This document shows positions 36,801 through 50,048 of a stretch of 64,000 nt of DNA, piece by piece. Location: assembly GCA_040954595.2 (NCBI GenBank), contig CM082590.2:3968001-4032000 (forward strand). Reading direction: 5' to 3'. Under the pieces are notes generated by a model. The model was not told where the DNA came from and made no database searches. It saw only the letters and a program-made list of their open reading frames with translations. The number at the start of each line of letters is the position of its first letter. Position 1 is the stretch's first letter. Made by a program: the position numbers and the translations under genes. This DNA is from Balanoglossus misakiensis. Its lineage: Eukaryota > Animalia > Hemichordata.

Positions 36801-39800
36801 CAAAAATACAGTTTCAAGCCCTTTATTTTACAAAATGTTCTGATTTGGCAGGGGGTCACATACTTTTGCCCCCCCCCCAACTTTTGCTTTTGAGTCCACA
36901 AAAATACAGTTTCAAGCCCTTTATTCTTTATTTTACAACATTTTCTGATTTGGCAGGGGGTCACATACTTTTGCCCCCCCCCCCCCCCCAACTTTTGCTT
37001 TTGAGTCCACAAAAATACAGTTTCAAGCCCTTTATTTTACAAATTTTCTGATGTGGCAGGGGGTCACATACTTTTGCCCCCCCCCCCCAACTTTTGCTTT
37101 TGAGTCCACAAAAATACAGTTTCAAGCCCTTTATTTTACAAAATGTTCTGATTTGGCAGGGGGTCACATACTTTTGCCCCCCCCCCAAGTTTTGCTTTTG
37201 AGTCCACAAAAATACAGTTTCAAGCCCTTTATTTTACAAAATGTTCTGATTTGGCAGGGGGTCACATACTTTTGCCCCCCCCCCAAGTTTTGCTTTTGAG
37301 TCCACAAAAATACAGTTTCAAGCCCTTTATTTTACAAAATGTTCTGATTTGGCAGGGGGTCACATACTTTTGCCCCCCCCCCCAACTTTTGCTTTTGAGT
37401 CCACAAAAATACAGTTTCAAGCCCTTTATTTTACAAAATGTTCTGATTTGGCAGGGGGTCACATACTTTTGCTTTTGAGTCCACAAAAATACAGTTTCAA
37501 GCCCTTTATTTTACAAAATGTTCTGATTTGGCAGGGGGTCACATACTTTTGCCCCCCCCCCCAACTTTTGCTTTTGAGTCCACAAAAATACAGTTTCAAG
37601 CCCTTTATTTGCCCCCCCCCCCCCAAGTTTTGCTTTTGAGTCCACAAAAATACAGTTTCAAGCCCTTTATTTTACAAAATGTTCTGATTTGGCAGGGGGT
37701 CACATACTTTTGCCCCCCCCCCCAACTTTTGCTTTTGAGTCCACAAAAATACAGTTTCAAGCCCTTTATTTTACAAAATGTTCTGATTTGGCAGGGGGTC
37801 ACATACTTTTGCTTTTGAGTCCACAAAAATACAGTTTCAAGCCCTTTATTTTACAAAATGTTCTGATTTGGCAGGGGGTCACATACTTTTGCCCCCCCCC
37901 CCCCCCCCCAACTTTTGCTTTTGAGTCCACAAAAATACAGTTTCAAGCCCTTTATTTTACAAAATGTTCTGATTTGGCAGGGGGTCACATACTTTTGCCC
38001 CCCCCCCAACTTTTGCTTTTGAGTCCACAAAAATACAGTTTCAAGCCCTTTATTTTACAAAATGTTCTGATTTGGCAGGGGGTCACATAATTTTGCCCCC
38101 CCCCCAACTTTTGCTTTTGAGTCCACAAAAATACAGTTTCAAGCCCTTTATTTTACAAAATGTTCTGATTTGGCAGGGGGTCACATACTTTTGCCCCCCC
38201 CCCCCCCAACTTTTGCTTTTGAGTCCACAAAAATACAGTTTCAAGCCCTTTATTCTTTATTTTACAACATTTTCTGATTTGGCAGGGGGTCACATACTTT
38301 TGCCCCCCCCCCCCAACTTTTGCTTTTGAGTCCACAAAAATACAGTTTCAAGCCCTTTATTTTACAAATTTTCTGATGTGGCAGGGGGTCACATACTTTT
38401 GCCCCCCCCCAACTTTTGCTTTTGAGTCCACAAAAATACAGTTTCAAGCCCTTTATTTTACAAAATGTTCTGATTTGGCAGGGGGTCACATACTTTTGCC
38501 CCCCCCCAAGTTTTGCTTTTGAGTCCACAAAAATACAGTTTCAAGCCCTTTATTTTACAAAATGTTCTGATTTGGCAGGGGGTCACATACTTTTGCCCCC
38601 CCCCCCAACTTTTGCTTTTGAGTCCACAAAAATACAGTTTCAAGCCCTTTATTTTACAAAATGTTCTGATTTGGCAGGGGGTCACATACTTTTGCCCCCC
38701 CCCCCAAGTTTTGCTTTTGAGTCCACAAAAATACAGTTTCAAGCCCTTTATTTTACAAAATGTTCTGATTTGGCAGGGGGTCACATACTTTTGCCCCCCC
38801 CCCCCCCCAACTTTTGCTTTTGAGTCCACAAAAATACAGTTTCAAGCCCTTTATTTTACAACATTTTCTGATTTGGCAGGGGGTCACATACTTTTGCCCC
38901 CCCCCCAACTTTTGCTTTTGAGTCCACAAAAATACAGTTTCAAGCCCTTTATTTTACAAATTTTCTGATGTGGCAGGGGGTCACATACTTTTGCCCCCCC
39001 CCCAACTTTTGCTTTTGAGTCCACAAAAATACAGTTTCAAGCCCTTTATTTTACAAAATGTTCTGATTTGGCAGGGGGTCACATACTTTTGCCCCCCCCC
39101 CCCAAGTTTTGCTTTTGAGTCCACAAAAATACAGTTTCAAGCCCTTTATTTTACAAAATGTTCTGATTTGGCAGGGGGTCACATACTTTTGCCCCCCCCC
39201 CCCCCCCAACTTTTGCTTTTGAGTCCACAAAAATACAGTTTCAAGCCCTTTATTTTACAAAATGTTCTGATTTGGCAGAGGGTCACATACTTTTGCTTTT
39301 GAGTCCACAAAAATACAGTTTCAAGCCCTTTATTTTACAAAATGTTCTGATTTGGCAGGGGGTCACATACTTTTGCCCCCCCCCCCCAACTTTTGCTTTT
39401 GAGTCCACAAAAATACAGTTTCAAGCCCTTTATTTGCCCCCCCCCCAAGTTTTGCTTTTGAGTCCACAAAAATACAGTTTCAAGCCCTTTATTTTACAAA
39501 ATGTTCTGATTTGGCAGGGGGTCACATACTTTTGCCCCCCCCCCAACTTTTGCTTTTGAGTCCACAAAAATACAGTTTCAAGCCCTTTATTTTACAAAAT
39601 GTTCTGATTTGGCAGGGGGTCACATACTTTTGCTTTTGAGTCCACAAAAATACAGTTTCAAGCCCTTTATTTTACAAAATGTTCTGATTTGGCAGGGGGT
39701 CACATACTTTTGCCCCCCCCCCCAACTTTTGCTTTTGAGTCCACAAAAATACAGTTTCAAGCCCTTTATTTTACAAAATGTTCTGATTTGGCAGGGGGTC

Positions 39801-41158
39801 ACATACTTTTGCCCCCCCCCCCAACTTTTGCTTTTGAGTCCACAAAAATACAGTTTCAAGCCCTTTATTTTACAAAATGTTCTGATTTGGCAGGGAGTCA
39901 CATACTTTTGCCCCCCTCCCCAACTTTTGCTTTTGAGTCCACAAAAATACAGTTTCAAGCCCTTTATTTTACAAAATTTTCTGATTTGGCAGGGGGTCAC
40001 ATACTTTTGCCCCCCCCCCAACTTTTGCTTTTGAGTCCACAAAAATACAGTTTCAAGCCCTTTATTATACAAAATTTTCTGATTTGGCAGGGGGTCACAT
40101 ACTTTTGACCCCCCCCCCCCAACTTTTGCTTTTGAGTCCACAAAAATACAGTTTCAAGCCCTTTATTTTACAAAATGTTCTGATTTGGCAGGGGGTCACA
40201 TACTTTTGCCCCCCTCCCAACTTTTGCTTTTGAGTCCACAAAAATACAGTTTCAAGCCCTTTATTTTACAAAATGTTCTGATTTGGCAGGGGGTCACATA
40301 CTTTTGCCCCCCCCCCCCCAACTTTTGCTTTTGAGTCCACAAAAATACAGTTTCAAGCCCTTTATTTTACAAAATTTTCTGATGTGGCAGGGGGTCACAT
40401 ACTTTTGCCCCCCCCCCCAACTTTTGCTTTTAAGTCCACAAAAATACAGTTTCAAGCCCTTTATTTTACAAAATGTTCTGATTTGGCAGGGGCTCACATA
40501 CTTTTGCCCCCCCCCCCCAACTTTTGCTTTTGAGTCCACAAAAATACAGTTTCAAGCCCTTTATTTTACAAAATTTTCTGATTTGGCAGGGGGTCACATA
40601 CTTTTGCCCCCCTCCCAACTTTTGCTTTTGAGTCCACAAAAATACAGTTTCAAGCCCTTTATTTTACAAAATGTTCTGATTTGGCAGGGGGTCACATACT
40701 TTTGCCCCCCCCCCCCCAACTTTTGCTTTTGAGTCCACAAAAATACAGTTTCAAGCCCTTTATTTTACAAAATTTTCTGATGTGGCAGGGGGTCACATAC
40801 TTTTGCCCCCCCCCCAACTTTTGCTTTTAAGTCCACAAAAATACAGTTTCAAGCCCTTTATTTTACAAAATGTTCTGATTTGGCAGGGGCTCACATACTT
40901 TTGCCCCCCCCCCAACTTTTGCTTTTGAGTCCACAAAAATACAGTTTCAAGCCCTTTATTTTACAAAATTTTCTGATTTGGCAGGGGGTCACATACTTTT
41001 GCCCCCCCCCCCTAACTTTTGCTTTTGAGTCCACAAAAATACAGTTTCAAGCCCTTTATTTTACAAAATTTTCTGATGTGGCAGGGGGTCACATACTTTT
41101 GCCCCCCCCCCCAACTTTTGCTTTTGAGTCCACGAAAATACAGTTTCAAGCCCTTTAT
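24842..41158. repeat. ~99-bp satellite, main block (~165 monomers)
   Basis: Monomer ggcagggggtcacatacttttg(C)n aacttttgcttttgagtccacaaaaatacagtttcaagccctttattttacaaaatkttctgattt; highly homogeneous. Confidence 0.99.
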
Positions 41159-41257
41159 TAGGGTTTCGAGACCCTCTGGTCTCGAAACCCTCTTGAAATC
41201 GTGTTGTTAGGGCCCAAGCCCAGCAGGCTTGGGCCCTATTGGTATTACTGGGGTTTT

Positions 41258-42682
41258 TTAGGGCCCAAGCGCATGCAGCGCTTGGGCCCTATTGGTATTA
41301 TCCTGGTTTTTCTTCTTTTTTTTCTTGTGTAGTTTTTTCGGCCAATAGGATCTTGAAAACGGCTGAACCTTCAAATTTCAAACTTGGCAAAATGGTGCAG
41401 GCCTATGAGAGCTGGTGCAGTACCCTTGTGAATGTTTAATTAGTCATGTGACCTGTTGACCATATATGGGGAAAGTTTTCAAATGGGCCTAATTTGCATA
41501 TGAATGGAGATATCAAAATTCTGTTAGGATACTTTGTGGACCATGTGGTCAGTGTCCAACATACCAAATATCAAGGCCGTGGGCCAAGTCTATTTTGAGT
41601 AGAAGACTTTTAAATATTATTAGTTTTTCATATTTTTGGACTAAGCCAAGGGCCTATACTGTATAGTTAAGCTATGACGCTATGTCCACGTCTGTGCAAT
41701 GGTCCTGTACAGTGACTGTCTATTGGCCTGTAAGCAGAATGGGACCAAAATAAAAGGCAAAATTTTTGGCTCACCTGTAACACCTGCTTAACTCATTAAT
41801 TATGTGCATACCTAATTTTGGGCTAACTATTAGGGCTAGAGGTTTTGTTCTTGTGGAACATGGATCAGTATGGGGTCAAAAAATTTCGCCAAAATTTTGG
41901 GTGACCTCAGGTGACCTTTGACCTACTTTCCTATATCTCTGCATTCAGAGTAGGTACAGACTTGGCGTTTGGATGGTTGGGACTAAAATTGAAAAGCCAA
42001 AATTGGGGGTCACCTGTGGCACCTGCTTATCTCATTAATTATGTGCATACCTAATTTTCGGCTAACTATTAGGGCTAGAGGTTTTGTTCTTGTGGAACAT
42101 GGACAAGTATGGGTCAAAAAAAGTTTGCCCAAATTTTGGGTGACCTCAGGTGACCTTTGACCTACTTTCCTATATCTCTGCATTCAGAGCAGGTACAGAC
42201 TTGACGTTTGGAGGGTTGGGACTAAAATTGAAAAGCCAAAATTGGGGGTCACCTGTGACACCTGCTTATCTCATTAATTATGTGCATACCTAATTCAGGG
42301 ATAACTAATAGGGCTACAGGTTTTGTTCTTATTGGACATGGACCAGTATAGGGTCAAAATTTCTTGCCCAAATTTTGGGTGACCTCAGGTGACCTTTGAC
42401 CTACTTAACCATATCTCAGCATCCAGAGCAAGTACAGCCTTGGCGTTTGGAGGGATGGGTTGAAAATGAAAAGTGAAATTATTAAGTCACCTGTAACACC
42501 TGGTGAACTCATTAATTATGTGCATACCTTATTCCAGACTAACCAATAGGGTTAGAGGTTTGATTTTTGTTGAACATGGACCAGTATGGGGTCAAAATTT
42601 CTTGCCCAACTTTTGGGTGATGACATATGACCTTTGACCTTCGGCTTAAGCTTGGGCCCGCTATTGCTGCTTGCAGCTATAT
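41258..42682 (+). mobile_element. Helentron-type element C, nested in B
   Basis: 5' agggcccaagcgc-atgca-gcgcttgggccct; four ~239-bp units; 3' subTIR and hairpin at 42650-42682. Confidence 0.75.
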
Positions 42683-44126
42683 TTAGGGCCCAAGCCCAGC
42701 AGGCTTGGGCCCTATTGGTATTACTGGGGTTTTTCTTCTACTTCTTCTTCTTTTTCTTCTTCTGTCGTTTTCTTTGGCGAGGTAGATCTGGAAAACTGCT
42801 AAACCTACCAATTTCAAACTTGGCACAATGGTGCAGGCCAATGAGAGCTAGTGCAGTACCCTTGTGAATGTTTAATTAGTCACGTGACTTGATGACCATA
42901 TATGGGCAGAATTTTCAAATCGGCCTTATTTGCATATGAATGGAGATATCAAAATTCTTTTAGCAACTTTTGCGGACCATGTGGTCAGTGTCCTACATGC
43001 CAAATGTCAAGGCCATTGGCCATGCCAATTTTCAGAAGAAGATTTTTAAGTATTATTTTTGATATTTTTTGACCAAGCCATGTGCCTATACTTTCCATAG
43101 TAAAGCTATGACCACATATTATTTTGGATAAATATGCATACATATCTCAAAATCTGTTAGACCAATCATCTCCAACTTTGGTGTGCAGCTAGCCTAGCAT
43201 TGGTCAATAATTTTAAGCAGAAAAAAATAATATGAAAAATCGACCGTCTTTTTTATATTAATTTTTTTATTAAATTTATACCTTTACTTATACCTCTATG
43301 GTTAAGCTATGTCCATGTCTTATTGTGGAATTCTGGTCTGTGCAATAGTCCTGTCAGTGAGCACAATGGCACCAAAATAAAAGGCACACTTTTAGGCTCA
43401 CCTGTAACACCTGCTTAACTCATTAATTATGTGCATACCTAATTGTGGGCTAACTAAGAGGGCTAGAGGTTTCTTTCTTGTGGGACATGGACCAGTATTG
43501 GGTCAAAATTTCTTGCCCAAATTTTGCATGACCTCAGGTGACCTTTGACCTACTTTACCATATCTTGGCACCCAGGGCAGGTACAGACTTGGCGTTTGGA
43601 GGGTTGGCTATAAAATTGAAAAGCCAAAATTGGGGGTCACCTGTGACACCTGCATATCTCATTAATTATGTGCATACCTAATTCCAGGCTAACCAATAGG
43701 GCTATAGGTTTGGTTGTTGTTGAACATGGACCAGTATAGGGTCAAAATTTCTTGCCCAAATTTTGCATGACCTCAGGTGACCTTTGACCTACTTTACCAG
43801 ATCTTGGCATCCAGAGCAGGTACAGACTTGGCGTTTGGAGGGTTGGGACTAAAATTGAAAAGCCAAAATTGGGGGTCACCTGTGACACCTGCCTACCTCG
43901 TTAATTATGTGCATACCTAATTCAAGGCTAACCAATAGGGCTATAGGTTTGGTTTTTGTTGAACATGGACCAGTATAGGGTCAAAATTTCTTGCCGAAAT
44001 TTTGCATGACCTCAGGTGACCTTTGACCTACTCTTCCATATCTTGGCATCCAGAGCAGATATGCTTATTGCTATGTTGCTATGTGCTATGTTGGCTTGGG
44101 CCCGCTATTGCTGCTTGCAGCTATAT
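42683..44126 (+). mobile_element. Helentron-type element D (same subfamily as B)
   Basis: Same 5' palindrome and body as B; three tandem units; 3' end at 44094-44126. Confidence 0.75.
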
Positions 44127-45596
44127 TTAGGGCCCAAGCGCACGCAAGCGCTTGGGCCCTATTGGTTTCGTTGGGGTTTTTCTTTCTTTCTTTTTTCTTG
44201 TGTCAATTTCTTCGGCCAACGAGATCTCTGAAACTACTGCAGGTACACTTCTCAAACTTGATACAGTGGTCAAGGTCAATGAGTAGATGTGCAGTGACTT
44301 GTGAATAATTAATTAGTCACGTGACCTGGCGGCCATATTGGATTTTCTGAAAAAATTCAAATCTCAGATCTCAGAAACTACAAGTCAGATCGACTTCAAA
44401 TTTGGCATGCAGGTAGACTACCTTCTACCCATCATTTTTGTAATTGGAAATTTTGCTGTCAATGTTGCAGTTTTTTTGCTACAATTTTTTTTCTGAAATC
44501 TGGCTTAAATTTCAAAAATCTTCTTCTCCAGAACCAGTGATAACCGAGACACGGGGTTTGGGGTATGTGGTCACCTAACTGATGTCTATCAAGTTTGCGA
44601 AGATCATTGTGATTGGTCGAAGATTATGGCGGCCATATTGGATTTTAGAAAAACCATTGTTAAACTCCAAAAATCTTCTTCTCCAGAACGGGCGATGACT
44701 GAGTCGCAAGATTCGGGGAGTATGGTCACTACACTGATGTCTATCAAGTTTGCAAAGAGCATTGTGATTGGTCGAAGATTATGGCGGCCATATTGGATTT
44801 TGTAAAAAGCAGTGAAAAATTGAAATTCCTTTTTCTAGTCTAAAAATTGATAGCATACAAATTCATTTTATGGATATCAATCGTCATGTGACTAAAATAT
44901 GTCACAATTTTTTGGCGATTTTTCACATGACCTTTGACCTACTTATCACGCGTTATTATTTCTGCATATCTAATTCCAGGCTAACCTATAGGGCTAGACG
45001 TTTGGTTTTTGATGAATGTGGATTAGTGTGTGATCAAAATATTTTGCTACTTTTCATGACCCCTTTGACCTCTGCTGACCTCATTAATTATGTGCATAGC
45101 TAATTACAGGCGAACCAATAGAGCTAGAGGTTTGGTTTTTGTTGGACACAGACCAGTATGGGATCAAAATTTTTTGCCCAAATGTTGCGTGACCTCTGGT
45201 GACCTTTGACCTACTTTCGCATATCTCAGCATCCAGAGCAGATACAGCCATGGCATTTGGTAGGATGGGACCAAAATGTAAAGCCACATTTTTGGGTCAC
45301 TTGTGACACCTGCTGACCTCATTAAATATGCACATACCTAATTACAGGCGAACCAATAGAGTTTTGGTTTTTGTTGGACATGGACCAGTATGGGTCAAAA
45401 AAAATTGCCCAAATGTTGGGTGACCTCAGGTGACCTTTGACCTACTTCACCCTATTTCAGCAGCAAATATACACATGTCCTTGTTATGTCATGAGATAAT
45501 ACATCCGATAGAAAATTCTGTTTCTTCTCATTCATACTGTGCATATATAATTCAAGATCAGCGCTTGGGCCCGACAATGCTGCTCGCAGCTTTAAT
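44127..45596 (+). mobile_element. Helentron-type element E (divergent subfamily)
   Basis: 5' agggcccaagcgc-acgcaa-gcgcttgggccct; different core including a ~120-bp duplication; 3' gcgcttgggcccgacaatgctgctcgcagctttaat. Confidence 0.7.
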
Positions 45597-48500
45597 CTTC
45601 TACTTCTTCTTCTTCTTCTGTCGTTTCTTTAGAGAGGTAGATCTGGAAAACTGCTAAACCTACCAATTTCAAACTTGGCACAATGGTGCAGGCCAATGAG
45701 AGCTAGTGCAGTACCCTTGTGAATGTTTAATTAGTCACGTGACCTGATGACCATATATGGGCAAAATTTTCAAATCGACCTTATTTGCATATGAATGGAG
45801 ATATCAAAATTCTTTTAGCAACTTTTGCGGACCATGTGGTCAGTGTCCTACATGCCAAATGTCAAGGACATTGGCCATGCCAATTTTGAGAAGAAGATTT
45901 TTAAGTATTATTTTTCATATTTTTTGACCAAGCCATGGGTCTATACTTTCCATAGTAAAGCTAAGACCACATATTATTTTGGATAAATATGCATACATAT
46001 CTCAAAATCTGTTTGGCCAATCATCTCCAACTTTGGTGTGCAGCTAGCCTAGTATTTGTCAATAATTTTAAGCGAAAAAAAATAGTATGAAAAATCGACC
46101 GATTTTTTTATATTAATTTTCTTATGAAATTTATACCTTTAATTATACCTCTATGGTTAAGCTATGTCCATGTCTTATTGTGGAATTCTGGTCTGTGCAA
46201 TAGTCCTGTACAGTGACTGTCTTGTGGTCAGTGAGCACAATGGCACCAAAATAGAAGGCACAATTTTAGGCTCACCTGTAACACCTGCTTAACTCATTAA
46301 TTATGTGCATACCTAATTCTGGGCTAACTAAGAGGGCTAGCGGTTTCGTTCTTGTGGGACATGGACCAGTACAGGGTCAAAATTTCTTGCCAAAATGTTG
46401 GGTGACCTCAGGTGACCTTTGACCTACTTTCCTATATCTCGGCATCCAGAGCTGATACAGACTTGGCGTTTGGAGGGTTGTGACTAAAATTGAAAAGCCA
46501 AAATGGGGATCACCTGTGACACCTGCATATCTCATTAATTATGTGCATACCTAATTCCAGGCTAACCAGTAGAGCTATAGGTTTGGTTTTTGTTGAACAT
46601 GGACCAGTATAGGGTCAAAATTTCTTGCCCAAATTTCGCATGACCTCAGGTGACCTTTGACCTACTTTACCGTATCTTGGCATCCAGAGCAGGTACAGAC
46701 TTGGCGTTTGGAGGGTTGGGATTAAAATTGAAAAGCCGAATTGGCGCTCACCTGTGTCACCTGCATATCTCATTAATTATGTGCATACCTAATTCCAGGC
46801 TAACCAGTAGAGCTATAGGTTTGGTTTTTGTTGAACATGGACCAGTATAGGGTCAAAATTTCTTGCCCAAATTTCGCATGACCTCAGGTGACCTTTGACC
46901 TACTTTACCGTATCTTGGCATCCAGAGCAGGTACAGACTTGGCGTTTGGAGGGTTGGGATTAAAATTGAAAAGCCGAATTGGCGCTCACCTGTGTCACCA
47001 GCATATCTCATTAATTATGTGCATACCTAATTCCAGGCTAACCAATAGAGCTATAGGTTTGGTTTTTATTGAACATGGACCAGTATAGGGTCAAAATTTC
47101 TTGCCCAAATTTTGCATGACCTCAGGTGACCTTTGACCTACTTTACCAGATCTCGGCATCCAGAGCAGGTACAGGCTTGGCGTTTGGAGGGTTGGGACTA
47201 AAATTGGAAAGCCAAATTGGGGGTCAGTTGTGACACCTGCCTACCTCATTAATTATGTGCATACCTAATTCCAGGCTAACCAATAGGGCTATAGGTTTGG
47301 TTTTTGTTGAACATGGACCAGTATGGGTCAAAATTTCTTGCCCAAATTTTGCATGAACTCAGTTGACCTTTGACCTACTTTACCATATCTTGACATCCAG
47401 AGTAGATATGCTTATTGCTATGTTGCTATGTGCTATGTTGGCTTGGGCCCGCTATTGCTGCTTGCAGCTATATTTTTTTATTATTATTATTATTCTTCTT
47501 CCCACTCTTAAAAACAGCCGCTATTCGAAGACCGTTGCACCCAATGACTTGAAATTTGGCTCATAGGTAAAACTCAAAGCAAGTAATTTTCTGATCATGT
47601 AACTATGGCAACAGGTCACATGACCTGGCAGCCATCTTGGATTGAAAGTTTAAAATTGATCTCATTTGCATAAAAAATGACGAATCAAAATTCTTTGAAC
47701 AAACTTTGTGGACCATATGGCCAGGGTCCTATATGCAAAATTTCAATGTTCAAGTCTTTGCCGATTTTGAGGAGATGATTTTTAAAGCATTATTTTTCAT
47801 ATTTTTCAAGACCATTGGACCCAGCCTTAGGCCTATACTTTCCATAGTTAAGCTATGGCCACCTAGGATCTTAGATTTATGCCCAATATCTCAACATCCG
47901 CTGGGCTGATCAGCTTCAAATTTATTGTGCAGCTAGCCTACCTTCCAACAATCAGTTCCAACTGGAAAAAATAATATGAAAAATCGACCGATTTTTTTAT
48001 ATTAATTTTTTTATGAAATCTATACCTATACGTATTCCACTATAGTTAAGCTATGGCCAAGTCGTTTTGTAGAATTCTGGTTGGTGCAATAGTCCTATCG
48101 GCCAGTGTGCAGCATAGGACCACAAAAAGAAGCCAAATTAATTCAAGGGTCACCTGTGACACCTGCCTAACTCATTAATTATGTGCATACCTAATTCGAG
48201 GCAAACCAATAGGGCTACAGGTCTGATTTTTGTTAGACATGGACCAGTATGGGGTCAAATTATCCCCCAAAATTTGGGGTGACCTTGAGTGACCTTTGAC
48301 CTTCTTCCGCATATCTCGGCATCCAGAGCAGGTACAGCTTAGGTGTTTGGGTGGATGGTACCAAAATAAGAAGCCAAATTCAAGGGTCACCTGTGACACC
48401 TGCCTAACTCATTAATTATGTGCATACCTAATTCCAGGCAAACCAATAGGGCTACAGGTCTGATTTTTGTTGGACATGAACCAGTATGGGGTCAAATTAT

Positions 48501-49118
48501 CCCCCAAAATTTGGGGTGACCTTGGGTGACCTTTGACCTACTTCCTCATATCTCGGCATTTACAGCAGGTACAGCTTAGGTGTTTGGGTGGATGGTACCA
48601 AAATAAGAAGCCAAAATTTAGGGTCACCTGTGACACCTGCCTAACTCATTAATTATGTGCATACCTAATTCCAGGCGAACTAACAGGACTACAGGTCTGG
48701 TGTTTGTTGGACATGGACCAGTATGGGGTCAAATTTTCCCCCCAAATTTCGGGTGACCTTGGGTGACCTTTGACCTACTTCCGCATATCTCGGCATCCAC
48801 AGCAGGTACAGCTTAGGTGTTTGGGAGGATGGTACCAAAATAAGTAGCCAAAATTTAGGACCACCTGTGACACCTGCCTAACTATGTGCATAACTAAGTA
48901 CACACGAACCAATAGGGCTAGATGTGTGGTTTTTATTGGACATGGACCAATATAGTGTCAAAATTTTCTGCTCATATTTAGGGTGACCTCACATGACGTT
49001 TGACCAACTTTCCCACATCCTCCACCCTGACTAATTAAATATGCACATATCTATCTCCAGGCGAACCAATAGGGCTAGCAGTGTCTCGAAACCCGCTTAT
49101 TGCTGTTCACAGCTATAT

Positions 49119-50048
49119 TTTTACAAAATGTTCTGATTTGGCAGGGGGTCACATACTTTTGCCCCCCCCCCCCAACTTTTGCTTTTGAGTCCACAAAAAT
49201 ACAGTTTCAAGCCCTTTATTTTACAAAATGTTCTGATTTGGCAGGGGGTCACATACTTTTGCCCCCCCCCCCAACTTTTGCTTTTGAGTCCACAAAAATA
49301 CAGTTTCAAGACCTTTATTTAACAAATTTTCTGATGTGGCAGGGGGTCACATACTTTTGCCCCCCCCCCCAACTTTTGCTTTTGAGTCCACAAAAATACA
49401 GTTTCAAGCCCTTTATTTTACAAAATTTTCTGATTTGGCAGGGGGTCACATACTTTTGCCCCCCCCCCCCCAACTTTTGCTTTTGAGTCCACAAAAATAC
49501 AGTTTCAAGCCCTTTATTTTACAAAATTTTCTGATTTGGCAGGGGGTCACATACTTTTGACCCCCCCCCCCAACTTTTGCTTTTGAGTCCACAAAAATAC
49601 AGTTTCAAGCCCTTTATTTTACAAAATGTTCTGATTTGGCAGGGGGTCACATACTTTTGCCCCCCCCCCCAACTTTTGCTTTTGAGTCCACAAAAATACA
49701 GTTTCAAGCCCTTTATTTTACAAAATTTTCTGATTTGGCAGGGGGTCACATACTTTTGCCCCCCCCCCCCCAACTTTTGCTTTTGAGTCCACAAAAATAC
49801 AGTTTCAAGCCCTTTATTTTACAAAATTTTCTGATTTGGCAGGGGGTCACATACTTTTGACCCCCCCCCCCCCCAACTTTTGCTTTTGAGTCCACAAAAA
49901 TACAGTTTCAAGCCCTTTATTTTACAAAATTTTCTGATTTGGCAGGGGGTAACATACTTTTGCCCCCCCCCCCCAACTTTTGCTTTTGAGTCCACAAAAA
50001 TACAGTTTCAAGCCCTTTATTTTACAAAATTTTCTGATTTGGCAGGGG
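49119..50048. repeat. ~99-bp satellite, right block (~9 monomers)
   Basis: Resumes at ttacaaaatgttctg, in register with the monomer broken at 41158. Confidence 0.98.

Larger units (their letters stand above)
41207..47473 (+). mobile_element. Helentron-type element B (own sequence 41207-41255 and 45597-47473), nested in A
   Basis: 5' agggcccaagcc-cagca-ggcttgggccct. Body resumes at 45597 (cttctacttcttc...) as in intact copy D. 3' end gcttgggcccgctattgctgcttgcagctatat. Confidence 0.75.
41159..49118 (+). mobile_element. Helentron-type non-autonomous element A (outer; own sequence 41159-41206 and 47474-49118)
   Basis: 5' palindrome agggtttcgagacc-ctct-ggtctcgaaaccct; 3' subTIR tctcgaaaccc followed by hairpin gctg-ttca-cagc and tatattt; internal ~239-bp tandem repeats; inserted in a T-run of a satellite monomer with no TSD. 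Confidence 0.75.

Noticed and set aside
24703-41210. Many ORFs with repeats such as LLLLSPQKYSFKPF and TFAFESTKIQFQALY
   Set aside because: These are translations of the satellite; the frame shifts with every change in C-run length.
24842-50048. CRISPR-like array
   Set aside because: There are no unique spacers and no cas genes, and the context is eukaryotic; it is a head-to-tail tandem repeat.
24842-50048. C-run length (about 9-17) as an information-bearing code
   Set aside because: Homopolymer length is the least reliable feature of long-read assemblies and cannot be judged without reads.
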